A stretch of 64,000 nt of DNA. It comes from an uncultured Verrucomicrobiae bacterium. GTDB taxonomy: Bacteria; Verrucomicrobiota; Verrucomicrobiia; Chthoniobacterales; Chthoniobacteraceae. The stretch's first letter is position 1. Every line of letters starts with the position of its first letter. This document shows, piece after piece, positions 49,675-59,177 of the stretch. Under the pieces are notes generated by a model. It saw only the letters and a list, made by a program, of their open reading frames with translations. It searched no databases and was not told the DNA's origin. The translations under genes and the position numbers were made by a program. The DNA is taken from the NCBI GenBank assembly GCA_963836755.1, contig CAWIKF010000002.1, positions 2,048,001 through 2,112,000 on the forward strand, given 5' to 3'.

Positions 49675-50304
49675 TCATCCATTGACTCGCCGGTAGAAAC
49701 GGAGCGCCTCAATCTCCCGCGCCAAATCCCGCAGCGGATACAGCCCGCGCGAAGCGCCCGCACCGGGATCGCGGATTAAATAATCAAATCCTCGCTTGCC
49801 CGCGATGACGACAAAGTGCGTGACGCCGCTTGGAAATCGGATGCGCACGATGCATGGGTTTCCGCGCAGCAAATTCCAATCGATCAGCCAGAATGACGGC
49901 AAATCCTCATAGGCTTTTTCGACATGACCCGGTGAAAATTCGGCAGCGCTTTCCCATCGCAACCAGCCTTCGCCTTCGTAGCCATTGTGCGTCGTCAGGA
50001 ATTGATTGAGCCGCTGCGGATCGGTGTCGATGCCGTAAAAGTTGAGCGTCATTGCGGCCGACGCCACTGCACAGCCTTGCGCGCCGAGCGTCCCTTGAGT
50101 CGCGCCCAGCAGATCATTGTGCCACCGCGGATCACCCTGCCGAAAAGATGGAACCGCGAGAGCCACACGACGGAAAAAATAAATGCCGCCGCGTGTCCGC
50201 AGTTTCCGCTTCCAAGCTAGATTCGTGACACAGGCCGCGACGCTGAGCGCCACCAGCACAGTCACTGCGACCAAAGTTCGCGATCGGATTCGTGATCTGC
50301 TCAC
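49675..50304 (-). CDS. Peptidase C39-like protein
   Basis: Q.DPRW...GCAVASAAM, HFVVIAG and IRDPG (Cys-His-Asp); N-terminal hydrophobic anchor. Confidence 0.8.
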   Translation of the reverse strand: MSRSRIRSRTLVAVTVLVALSVAACVTNLAWKRKLRTRGGIYFFRRVALAVPSFRQGDPRWHNDLLGATQGTLGAQGCAVASAAMTLNFYGIDTDPQRLNQFLTTHNGYEGEGWLRWESAAEFSPGHVEKAYEDLPSFWLIDWNLLRGNPCIVRIRFPSGVTHFVVIAGKRGFDYLIRDPGAGASRGLYPLRDLAREIEALRFYRRVNG

Positions 50305-51293
50305 GCGCTGATCTGCAGCAGAATTTTTCCCCCGCGCCGACTTTTTTGCGAGTGCTCGACGGCGGCAATCGCTTCATCGAGCGGATACGTTTTTTCAATC
50401 TTCGCATCCAAAATCCCCTGCACTGCCAGCGGAAACAATGCGTTAAACATTTCTTGCACATCGCTTCTTTCCGTCTCGCGATACCAGCGCGTGATCCAGA
50501 AACCGCGAACGTGCAAATTTTTGAAAATGAGAAGCCCGTTTGGAATGCGCACCGGTTGCCGGCCCATCGCGCCGTAGGTCACGATCGTGCCGTTCTCCGC
50601 GAGCGCGTTTGCGAGGCGCAACGCGCTATCGCCGCCGACTGCGTTGAGCGCGAGGTGAACTTTGACGCCATCGGTCGCGTCCTTGATTTTGGCCGGCAAC
50701 TCCTCGTCATCCAGCAGCACCATGTCGCCACCTTCTGCGCGCAATTCCTCGATCAGCTCCGGTCGTCGAACGACATTCAACGTGCGCCATCCTCGCGCCT
50801 TCGCGAGATGGATCACTGCATGTCCGACGCTTGAGTTGGCAGCGTTTTGCAAAATCCAATCGCCGTCTTTCAGCGCGACAAAATCATGCAACATCCGCCA
50901 GGCAGTCGGTGGATTGATGTTCATCATCGCCGCTTGATCGACTGGAATTTCCGGCGGGACTGCCGTCAATTTTTGCGCGTCGATCACGCCAAATTCGCGC
51001 CAACTCCCGAACTCGTGCGGCACCAAAACCCGCGTGCCAATTTCCAGATCGCTCACCTCGTTTCCCCGCGCCACAATTTCGCCAACGCCTTCCGAGCCAG
51101 CAACGGCGGGCAACGGCGGACGCACCGCATACTTTCCCTCGATCACGTTCAGGTCGACCGGATTGATCGGCGCGGCAAGCATCCGCACCAGCACTTCGTG
51201 CGCGGCCGGCGCTTCGACATCGATTTCGCCGACGCGCAAAACTTCCAGCGGCTCGCCGCGTTCCTCGTAAATGACTGCGTGACATTTTTGCAT
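50301..51293 (-). CDS. 2-enoyl thioester reductase (MDR family, MECR/Etr1-like)
   Basis: APINPVDLNVIEGKY, INPPTAWRML, QNAANSSVG, TYGAM and GFW motifs. Start set at ATG 51293. Confidence 0.85.
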   Translation of the reverse strand: MQKCHAVIYEERGEPLEVLRVGEIDVEAPAAHEVLVRMLAAPINPVDLNVIEGKYAVRPPLPAVAGSEGVGEIVARGNEVSDLEIGTRVLVPHEFGSWREFGVIDAQKLTAVPPEIPVDQAAMMNINPPTAWRMLHDFVALKDGDWILQNAANSSVGHAVIHLAKARGWRTLNVVRRPELIEELRAEGGDMVLLDDEELPAKIKDATDGVKVHLALNAVGGDSALRLANALAENGTIVTYGAMGRQPVRIPNGLLIFKNLHVRGFWITRWYRETERSDVQEMFNALFPLAVQGILDAKIEKTYPLDEAIAAVEHSQKSRRGGKILLQISA

Positions 51294-51327
51294 GTGAGAA
51301 ATGGCGCGCACCGGTTTAACTGCGGGC

Positions 51328-52245
51328 GTGGTTGAAAATACTCCTCCCACCGTGGCCAGCAACCTCGAATCCGGCGCGCGCCTCGCCGGGCTCGGGATCG
51401 CTGTAAACGCTTCGATGGCGCTTGTTAAAATCGCTGCAGGATTGGTCGGTCATTCCTACGCGCTCATCGCGGACGGGTTCGAATCGACGCTGGATATTTT
51501 TTCGTCGCTGATCATGTGGGGCGGATTAAAAGTCGCGGCGCGTCCGCCCGACGAGTCGCATCCTTACGGCCACGGCAAAGCGGAGCCGATCGCAGCCGTC
51601 GCTGGCTCAGTCTCCATCCTTGTCGCGGCGCTGCTGCTTTCGGTGGAGAGCGTGCGTGAAATTTTGACTCCGCATCACGCGCCGGCGCCATTCACGCTGC
51701 TCGTGCTGATCGTCGTCGTCGCGGTGAAGGAAGGACTGTTTCGCGTGGTCAGCAACTCCGGAAAAATGTCGCACAGCACCGCGCTCAAGACGGAGGCGAT
51801 GCATCATCGCAGTGACGCGCTCACATCCGCGGCGGCATTCGTCGGCATCTCGATCGCGCTGATCGGTCAAAAAAATGGACGCGGCTGGGAAAGCGCGGAC
51901 GACTGGGCGGCGCTTTTTGCCTGCGTGTTGATCGCGTTTAACGGCATTCGATTGCTCAAGCCGGCGCTGTATGAGGTGATGGACACCGCGCCGCCGCGCG
52001 AGGTGGTCGAGCGCGTGCGGGAAGTGGCCGCGGCCGTCGCCGGTGTCGCGGACATCGAACGCTGCCGCATCCGGAAAATGGGTCTGGAATTTTACGTCGA
52101 TTTGCACGTCGGCGTGAACGGCGACATCTCCGTGCGCGATGGTCACAGCATCGCGCATCTGGTGAAAAATGCGGTGCGCGCTGCCGACCCGGCAATTGCC
52201 GATGTGCTCGTTCACATCGAGCCGGTGGATAGCGCTGTCAAATAA
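51328..52245 (+). CDS. Cation diffusion facilitator family transporter (FieF-like)
   Basis: SYALIAD, HPYGHGKAE, HHRSDA and VLVHIEP motifs. Start uncertain. Confidence 0.92.
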   Translation: MVENTPPTVASNLESGARLAGLGIAVNASMALVKIAAGLVGHSYALIADGFESTLDIFSSLIMWGGLKVAARPPDESHPYGHGKAEPIAAVAGSVSILVAALLLSVESVREILTPHHAPAPFTLLVLIVVVAVKEGLFRVVSNSGKMSHSTALKTEAMHHRSDALTSAAAFVGISIALIGQKNGRGWESADDWAALFACVLIAFNGIRLLKPALYEVMDTAPPREVVERVREVAAAVAGVADIERCRIRKMGLEFYVDLHVGVNGDISVRDGHSIAHLVKNAVRAADPAIADVLVHIEPVDSAVK

Positions 52246-52280
52246 GCAGCCGTGTTTGTTTTCGCGAACTTTGTCGCGAT

Positions 52281-54365
52281 TCATTTGCTGTGCATGACGA
52301 ACACGCCGTCCCAATTTTCCTCCGGCGGTTTTTCATGAAGCGCGGCGCAGCGCTCGGCATACATTCGCGCGAGCGGATCGTCTTTTTTCTCGTCGGCGCA
52401 TTCGTGGAAAAGTCTGCACGCTTCGAAGAAATTACCGGCGCGATAAGTCGCGAGTGCTTTTTCGTAATGTTCCAGATGTGTGACAAGCGCTGAATCAACG
52501 TTGGCGTCGATCGGACAGAGCACCGTGTAAACTTTTACCGGCTGCGTCTTGCCTTTCACACGAACGTAATCGGCGAGCTGGACGAGAAATTTGTCCCTCA
52601 CCAGCTCGGCCATTCGTTCGCCGATGATGATCTCGACGCCATATTCCTTCGTCAATCCTTCGAGGCGCGACGCGAGATTGACAGGATCTCCGATCACGGT
52701 CGGCTCCGCTTTTTCCTCGGAGCCGAGCGCGGCGAAAATCACCTCGCCGTAGTTGATGCCGAGGCCCATATGAAGCTCCGGCCAGCCGCGTGCCCGCCAG
52801 GCAACATTAAGCTCGCGCAGCGCCGCGAGCATGCGTAGCGCGGTCGTGACAGCGAGCTCGGCGTCGCGCGCGTTGCCTTCGCTGTGGACGTTTCCCCAGA
52901 CGGCGAGAATCGCGTCGCCGATGAACTTATCGAGCGTGCCGTTGGTCGAGAAAACGCATTTCACCATCTCGGTAAAATATTCGTTGAGCTGCGCGACGAG
53001 CTGCGTGGAATCCGCATTCTCGGTGAGAGTGGTAAAGCCGCGCAGGTCACTCATCAGCACGGCACAACATTTGCGTGCGCCGCCGAGCTGCTGCAAAAAA
53101 CTTGCGCGATTTTCGATCACCTCGCGGACAATATTTTTCGAAACGAAACGCTCGAACATGCGGCGCACGCGCTTGCTCTCCCGCCGCTCCGCCCATTGCT
53201 GCCAGACGAGCGCGGTAATTCCACCGGCGTCGAGCGCGACGAGCGGGCTGAAGATGAGCGGAAGGATTCCCGCCTTATTATAAAGCAGCACGACGATGCC
53301 GAGATAGACAGCGTTTAAAACAATGAAACTCCCCAATCGCCAAAGCGGCTGGCCGATCAAAATACTCAGCGCCAGCGCGGCGAGGCCGGCGACGAGGATT
53401 TGCGCGGCTTCGGCGCCGCGCCCAGGCCGCGTGATGAAGTCGCTGCAGAGCGCTTCGTTGATTGCGTTGAGATGCAGCACCGGGCCGTCCATCATGCCGA
53501 ATGGCGTGTTCAGCTGATCTTTCTGCGCGTTCCCGTGCGGTCCGATGAGGACGATTTTGTCTCTGAAAAATGTGCCGTCGGCGAAATTGGCGTGCCACAT
53601 TTCCGGGACGAAAATCGAGTAGAGCGGAATCGGTGGAAAAGCGCCGGCATCCTGCGCCGAAGCGAAGCGCAAATCGCGCACACCTCGCGGAACGGCAGCG
53701 CCGGATTTCTGCAAAACGCGCGCGGCTAGCGAGTAAAATTCGCGGGCGCCGTGCGTGTGCAAAACCTGCGCATCGGAGACGCGATAACGCGCGCTACGGA
53801 TTTTTTCGTCGATATCATCCGGCCAAAAGTTTGCAAAGCCGACGCGATCATCATGCTCGGGATCATCGATCAGCGATTTGCTCGGCTGCACAAGCGCGCG
53901 CGTGGCCGCCGCACTCTGCTCATCGACAAAATCGCTGCCGATGACGACGTGGTCGCGATACTTGTCGAGCGCGGCGCGGAGCTGTGCATCGCCTTCGCGT
54001 GGCATTGGAAACAAAATATCAAAGGCGACGACGTGCGCGCCCGCCTTCATCAACCGCTCAAGCACGTCCGCATGCACATCGCGCGCCCATGGCCACTTCT
54101 GCGCCATTTTTCGCAACGGTGGCGAAGCAGCGAGATCGTCGGCGAACACATTGTCCGAGACGTTCATCGTGGCGTTGTCGATGGCGAGAAAAACGATCTG
54201 CGGATCGACGCGCGAGCGCTGGAGCTGGCGCACAACGGAGTCGCGCACGCTGAGCTCCGCCTGTTGAAATGAAACGAAGAAGAAATGAAGGAGGAGCACG
54301 ATCGCGGCGCATGCCAGGCAGATGGCAGCGATGAAACTGCGTTGATGCGGAACGGCGCCTTGCAC
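52281..54365 (-). CDS. CHASE2-domain class III adenylate cyclase
   Basis: CHASE2 (FLAID, WPWAR, AFDILF), three TM segments, SDLRGFT, DKFIGDA and TVIGDPVNLASRLE. Start set at GTG 54365. Confidence 0.92.
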   Translation of the reverse strand: MQGAVPHQRSFIAAICLACAAIVLLLHFFFVSFQQAELSVRDSVVRQLQRSRVDPQIVFLAIDNATMNVSDNVFADDLAASPPLRKMAQKWPWARDVHADVLERLMKAGAHVVAFDILFPMPREGDAQLRAALDKYRDHVVIGSDFVDEQSAAATRALVQPSKSLIDDPEHDDRVGFANFWPDDIDEKIRSARYRVSDAQVLHTHGAREFYSLAARVLQKSGAAVPRGVRDLRFASAQDAGAFPPIPLYSIFVPEMWHANFADGTFFRDKIVLIGPHGNAQKDQLNTPFGMMDGPVLHLNAINEALCSDFITRPGRGAEAAQILVAGLAALALSILIGQPLWRLGSFIVLNAVYLGIVVLLYNKAGILPLIFSPLVALDAGGITALVWQQWAERRESKRVRRMFERFVSKNIVREVIENRASFLQQLGGARKCCAVLMSDLRGFTTLTENADSTQLVAQLNEYFTEMVKCVFSTNGTLDKFIGDAILAVWGNVHSEGNARDAELAVTTALRMLAALRELNVAWRARGWPELHMGLGINYGEVIFAALGSEEKAEPTVIGDPVNLASRLEGLTKEYGVEIIIGERMAELVRDKFLVQLADYVRVKGKTQPVKVYTVLCPIDANVDSALVTHLEHYEKALATYRAGNFFEACRLFHECADEKKDDPLARMYAERCAALHEKPPEENWDGVFVMHSK

Positions 54366-54453
54366 GCTTGCGGTGTAACATTCGCGCCGTGCGCAAACAA
54401 TGCCGCAAAGCTTCGCCGAGATTTGTATTGACGTGTTCGCTTTGATAGCAAAG

Positions 54454-55257
54454 ATGCGCCGCGTGTTTAACCTCAGCGTTCCTTCAAAGTCCGTGCGCTG
54501 GCTGCTTTTGGCGTCGGTGGCGATGCCGTGCGCGATGCTCGCGGCAGATCCATTCACGTCGGCGAAAGTCACGCGGCTGCAAAATGACGTCTCCGTCGGC
54601 GAAGCTCGCAACGGCCATCAGGTCGAGCGGCCCGCGGCGCTGTCGGATGTGATTCAGGCGAGCAATTATCTGCTCACGAAATCCGAGGCCCGCGCCGAGC
54701 TGCAATTTTCCGACCACTCGCTTGTGCGCGTCGGGCAAAACACCGTTTTTTCATTCGATGCGAAATCGCGCACGCTCTCGCTGCAAAAGGGCGCGATTCT
54801 TTTTTACATCTCGCCAGGATCGGGCGGCGGTGTGATCAAAACGCCGAGCATGACCGCTGCGGTCACCGGCACTCTTGGGCTGGTGACACCGAATTTGATC
54901 GCGTGCTTGCAGGGAACTTTGCACACAAAATTCGGCGACGTGCCGGCCGGATTTTCGGTAGATTCCAACGGCAACATTCAGAAGTTTGACTGGAAAGATG
55001 TGGTGGGTAAAAGCGCGCTCGTCAATTTCGGCGGTCCGCCGCCGACGCTTCCATTGCAGCCGCCGCTCGGCCCCGAAAACGGCGACGTCTCGACACTGAT
55101 GTCCGAATTTCCCGGCCTGCCGGATTATCGAATTCTCGACATTCAGGAAGCAACGCAGGTCAATCCTCGCGTGCGCGATTTCCTGAATACATCCCCGCCG
55201 AAGCCGACGCCGACCCCTCCGCCAGCCGTTCCGTCGCCCGGCCGGTATTTCTATTGA
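54454..55257 (+). CDS. FecR-domain exported protein
   Basis: RAELQFSDHSLVRVGQNT, LQKG and IKTPSMTAAVTGT FecR motifs; Pro-rich tail. Confidence 0.82.
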   Translation: MRRVFNLSVPSKSVRWLLLASVAMPCAMLAADPFTSAKVTRLQNDVSVGEARNGHQVERPAALSDVIQASNYLLTKSEARAELQFSDHSLVRVGQNTVFSFDAKSRTLSLQKGAILFYISPGSGGGVIKTPSMTAAVTGTLGLVTPNLIACLQGTLHTKFGDVPAGFSVDSNGNIQKFDWKDVVGKSALVNFGGPPPTLPLQPPLGPENGDVSTLMSEFPGLPDYRILDIQEATQVNPRVRDFLNTSPPKPTPTPPPAVPSPGRYFY

Positions 55258-55272
55258 GCCTCGATTACGATC

Positions 55273-56136
55273 ATGAAACTCCTTTCATTTTTTTTCCTGC
55301 TCCTCGGCGCTGGCGTCGCATGCGCTCAATCCGATGGCAAAAGCGCCATGGCGAGCACGGGGAATGTAACCCTGAGCGCCTCGCAAAAAGAAGACGTCGG
55401 CGACATTCATCCCGCAGGACCCGACAGGTTCCTGTCTCACGTCCACGTGAACGCGCAAACGCAAGGCGAGTATGTCACGAACGCGAAGTTGCTCGGCAAT
55501 AACAGCAGCAGCGATTTCCTCACCATTCCAGCGGTCGAATTGCGATACAGTGCGCCGCTCGTGCGCGGCTTCAGCGTCGATGCCGTCGCTCGGTCGGAGT
55601 CGACGATTTACGCCGACAACGGCTCGCGCAGTTTCTGGGGTTTCAGCGGCAGCGGTTTTCTCGACTGGCGCTATCAGCCAAAAGCGCCGCGGCTGTTCGT
55701 CGGCATCGAACCCTATTTCTACAACAGTTTTGATACAGAGCACCGCCTCGCCGATGCATTGGCTATCTCCACCGGCATCGACCAGGGTTTCGTGTTCAAT
55801 CAACACCGGACGCTCTTTACCGTTGGCTACAAGTTTTCAAACTACTACGCCTCGCCCGGGCTCGACGATCGCGACGCGCATCAGGTCACCGTTGGATTCA
55901 CCCACCAAATTCGTCCCGCGCTTTACGGTCAATTGTTCTACCAATTCCAATACAGCAACTACGACAACGAAAGCCGCCACGACTCACGTAACATCGTTGG
56001 CCTGAACTTGATTTACGAAATCACCTCGCATCTTTACGCCACCCTCGGCACCGACTTTATCGACAACGATTCGAACATCGGTTTGGCGACGTATCAAAAC
56101 TTCACCGTCCACGCGGGGCTGGCGCTGCAATATTGA
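55273..56136 (+). CDS. Outer-membrane beta-barrel protein
   Basis: Signal peptide, amphipathic aromatic strands, terminal LALQY. Confidence 0.75.
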   Translation: MKLLSFFFLLLGAGVACAQSDGKSAMASTGNVTLSASQKEDVGDIHPAGPDRFLSHVHVNAQTQGEYVTNAKLLGNNSSSDFLTIPAVELRYSAPLVRGFSVDAVARSESTIYADNGSRSFWGFSGSGFLDWRYQPKAPRLFVGIEPYFYNSFDTEHRLADALAISTGIDQGFVFNQHRTLFTVGYKFSNYYASPGLDDRDAHQVTVGFTHQIRPALYGQLFYQFQYSNYDNESRHDSRNIVGLNLIYEITSHLYATLGTDFIDNDSNIGLATYQNFTVHAGLALQY

Positions 56137-56218
56137 TTCGGCAGGCGCGGTGCCTGAGCGCCGCTGAGGAAGAGTTGGTTCGATTCACCGCATCTGCGGT
56201 GTTAACCAATCCTGTGCA

Positions 56219-56836
56219 ATGACCACCGCCAATAAAATCACCGTCGTTAGGATCATCCTCATTCCGGTGTTCGTGATGATGGCGATCTATTACGGCAAAA
56301 GTGTCCGCGACGGACATCCGGAAAACTGGGAGCGCTTTCTCACCATCGCCATTTTTATCGTCGCAGCGGCAAGCGACGGCATCGACGGTTACGTGGCCCG
56401 CCGCTTCAATCAGCGCAGCGCGCTCGGCGTCATCTTGGATCCAATCGCCGACAAAGGTTTGCTTCTTGCCGCCATCATCACGTTGAGTTTCAGCAATTGG
56501 ACCTATGAATTTCCGCTTTGGTTTCCAGTCCTCGTGATCACCCGCGACGCCGTCATTGTGCTCGGCAGTGCGCTGTTGCATTATCTGGTCGGCAAAGTTC
56601 ATGTCCGCCCCAGTTGGATTGGAAAAACCGCGACCGCGCTACAGATGACCGCCATTTCGCTCGTGCTGCTCCAGCTGGATTTCTTCCAATCAAAAATCAA
56701 CTTTGCGGGTCAAAGTTACGATTTCCATTTCTTGGATATTCCTGTTGCACTCGCCGGACTTTTCACCTTCATCTCCGGCATCGGCTACGTCACGGAAGGC
56801 TTTCGACAACTTCACGCCAGCGGACATGAAACTTAA
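56219..56836 (+). CDS. pgsA: CDP-alcohol phosphatidyltransferase (PgsA-like)
   Basis: ANKITVVRI and DGIDGYVARRFNQRSALGVILDPIADK motifs. Confidence 0.88.
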   Translation: MTTANKITVVRIILIPVFVMMAIYYGKSVRDGHPENWERFLTIAIFIVAAASDGIDGYVARRFNQRSALGVILDPIADKGLLLAAIITLSFSNWTYEFPLWFPVLVITRDAVIVLGSALLHYLVGKVHVRPSWIGKTATALQMTAISLVLLQLDFFQSKINFAGQSYDFHFLDIPVALAGLFTFISGIGYVTEGFRQLHASGHET

Positions 56837-58187
56837 AACAATCGCCATTGTCGGCCGCCCGAATGTTGGCAAATCAGCGTTGTTCAATCGCCTAGCAGGA
56901 CGAAAAATTTCCATCGTCCACGATCAGCCCGGCGTAACGCGGGATAGAATTGCCGCAGAGTGCAAGCTCGGCAGGCAACCTTTTACAGTCGTCGACACAG
57001 GTGGCATCGGCAGCACAGTCGATCCGAGCTTCTCCAAGCAAGTGCGGGTGGAAGCGGACATCGCCATTGAAACGGCCGACATCATCCTTTTCGTAGTCGA
57101 TGGACAGGCGGGGCTCAATCCCGTCGATCTCGAACTCGCACGCCTTCTTCGGAAGGTTGAGAAACCGATCGTTCTCGTCGTGAACAAGATTGATGATCCG
57201 AAGCACGCATTGCTCGAATCGGAATTCACCCGCCTCGGTTTCACTAACATCCTTTCCATAAGCGCCGAGCACAGTCGTGGAATTCAGTCGCTTCTGGAAT
57301 CGGTCGAGAGCTTTCTGCCACAAAGCGAAGAAGATTCGTCGCCTAAAAGTGCAGCAGTGCAGCTGGCAATTGTGGGACGTCCGAACGTTGGCAAGTCCTC
57401 GCTGATCAATGCCATCCTTCACGATCGCCGCACTCTCGTCAGTTCCATCTCTGGCACGACCCGTGACGCGGTTGACATCCCCTATTCACGCGGCGAACAG
57501 CAATATACGTTGATCGATACCGCTGGAATCCGGCCGCGGGGCAAAGTCAGTAATTCCGTCGAAGTCTTCAGCGTCATGCGCGCCGAGCGTAGCATTCGCC
57601 GCGCAGACCTTTGCGTTCTTGTAATCGATGCCGCCGAGGGCGTGACCGCGCAGGACAAAAAAATCGCGGGATTGATTCAAAAATCAGAAAAGCCATGCAT
57701 CATTGCGGTTAACAAGTGGGACCTCGTCGAAATCGGTGATGATCAGAAAACTTTTCTTCGCGAATTCATGGCAGAGGTCCATGCAGAGCTGTTCTTCGTT
57801 GATTACGCTCCGATAGTTTTGCTTTCAGCGAAGACTGGCGACAACGTCGACCGGCTCTTTCGAATCATCGAACAAGTCCGCGAAGGTTCCCGCGGCCAGA
57901 TCACGACCGGCGTCCTCAATCGAATGCTGCAGTCGATTCTCAGCGCCAATCCTCCGCCCATTCGAAGCGGACATCGGTTCAAAATTCTTTACGCCACGCA
58001 GGTTGAGGGAAAAAGATCGGAGCCAATCCCAGTGCCGAAATTTCTGCTCTTCGTAAACAACCCGCTGGTCTTGCCCGATTCGTATCGCAAGCACATGGAC
58101 GCGCAATTTCGAGAACACGAGCGATTCATGGGGCTGCCGATCCTGCTCCAGCTGCGCGGACGCGAGTCACGGAAGAAGCCCAAATAA
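56826..58187 (+). CDS. der: Ribosome biogenesis GTPase Der (EngA)
   Basis: Two GRPNVGKS / DTxG / NKxD GTPase domains plus a KH-like tail. Start set at ATG 56826. Confidence 0.97.
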   Translation: MKLKTIAIVGRPNVGKSALFNRLAGRKISIVHDQPGVTRDRIAAECKLGRQPFTVVDTGGIGSTVDPSFSKQVRVEADIAIETADIILFVVDGQAGLNPVDLELARLLRKVEKPIVLVVNKIDDPKHALLESEFTRLGFTNILSISAEHSRGIQSLLESVESFLPQSEEDSSPKSAAVQLAIVGRPNVGKSSLINAILHDRRTLVSSISGTTRDAVDIPYSRGEQQYTLIDTAGIRPRGKVSNSVEVFSVMRAERSIRRADLCVLVIDAAEGVTAQDKKIAGLIQKSEKPCIIAVNKWDLVEIGDDQKTFLREFMAEVHAELFFVDYAPIVLLSAKTGDNVDRLFRIIEQVREGSRGQITTGVLNRMLQSILSANPPPIRSGHRFKILYATQVEGKRSEPIPVPKFLLFVNNPLVLPDSYRKHMDAQFREHERFMGLPILLQLRGRESRKKPK

Positions 58188-58205
58188 TTTCGCTTGCGCA
58201 CTTTC

Positions 58206-58222
58206 ACTTTGTGGGACAAAGT
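58206..58222. promoter_or_regulatory. Operator palindrome ACTTTGT-GGG-ACAAAGT overlapping a putative -10
   Basis: Perfect 7-bp inverted repeat 5 bp before ATG 58228. TTGCGC (58194) lies 17 bp before CAAAGT. Confidence 0.75.
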
Positions 58223-58227
58223 TAGGA

Positions 58228-58836
58228 ATGAACGTGACCACTGAGGCTGAGGAACATCTTCGTGTTATCCGCACGTTGATGGAACGCGCCACGATTTATC
58301 GCGCAATCTCTGCGCCCACGGCTTTGGTTGGCGGAGTTACCGCAGTGATCGCGGCTCTCTGCTCGAAGAGGTGGCCACAGCACTTCTTTGGGTGGTGGCT
58401 TCTCGCTCTCGCGATCACTCTTTCCGCCAACACGATCTTTATTTGGCGCGCTGCGGCTAAACGACACGAACCACTTTTTTCCCCATCATTCAAACTCGCG
58501 TTGGTCGCCCTCTTCCCACCCTGCCTCGCCGGCGGCATCATTTCACTTCTGATCGCTCACGTTTTAGGCAGCCGCATTGTTGTGGCGATTGTGTGGACGA
58601 TTTTTTACGGTCTCGCGCTCCTGGCGACTGCTCATTTTTCGCCGCGGTCCCTTGTCATCCTCGGTTGGGCCTTTCTGTTGACGGGGATCTGCGCTTTTAT
58701 TCTGCAATTCTCTTCCGCTGCTTTCATCGGTGTCCCTTTCTCGTCTGACGAAATAGGCAGCTACGTGATGGGCGTGACTTTCGGGTTGTTTCACTTGGTT
58801 TACGCCGTCTGCACATGGCCGCGGAAAGTTGCATGA
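58228..58836 (+). CDS. Six-TM membrane protein (partner of the winged-helix regulator)
   Basis: HLRVIRTLMER N-terminus and GVTFGLFHLVY C-terminus; hydrophobic helices. Confidence 0.75.
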   Translation: MNVTTEAEEHLRVIRTLMERATIYRAISAPTALVGGVTAVIAALCSKRWPQHFFGWWLLALAITLSANTIFIWRAAAKRHEPLFSPSFKLALVALFPPCLAGGIISLLIAHVLGSRIVVAIVWTIFYGLALLATAHFSPRSLVILGWAFLLTGICAFILQFSSAAFIGVPFSSDEIGSYVMGVTFGLFHLVYAVCTWPRKVA

Positions 58837-58840
58837 AGAG

Positions 58841-59137
58841 ATGCTCGATTTCGATAAACTCGACAAAATCATCCACGAAAAAGGACGTCTTGCCATCATG
58901 ACTCTCCTCGCATCCCGCAAAAGCTGGTCATTTCAGGATTTGAAAACCGAACTGAAAATGAGCGACGGAAATCTCGTCACGCACATGCGATCCTTGCACC
59001 AGCGCGGCTATGTGGCGGTGACGAAAGCTGTGCTGGATCGTCCGCAAACCACCTACGCGTTGACGGAAAAAGGGCGTAAGGCATTTCAGGACTACTTGCG
59101 CGTATTGGAACAAATTGTGAAAGCGGGAAAGCGATGA
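58841..59137 (+). CDS. Winged helix-turn-helix transcriptional regulator (HTH_34, ArsR/MarR-like)
   Basis: IIHEKGRLAIM, SFQDLK, SDGNL..H...L...GY and RPQTTYALTEKG motifs. Confidence 0.88.
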   Translation: MLDFDKLDKIIHEKGRLAIMTLLASRKSWSFQDLKTELKMSDGNLVTHMRSLHQRGYVAVTKAVLDRPQTTYALTEKGRKAFQDYLRVLEQIVKAGKR

Positions 59138-59154
59138 ATCATTTTTGCCATGAA

Positions 59155-59171
59155 GCTTTGTGTCACAAAGT
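59155..59171. promoter_or_regulatory. Second operator palindrome GCTTTGT-GTC-ACAAAGT
   Basis: Near-identical to 58206-58222, 6 bp before the ispH ATG. Confidence 0.72.
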
Positions 59172-59177
59172 AATAAT

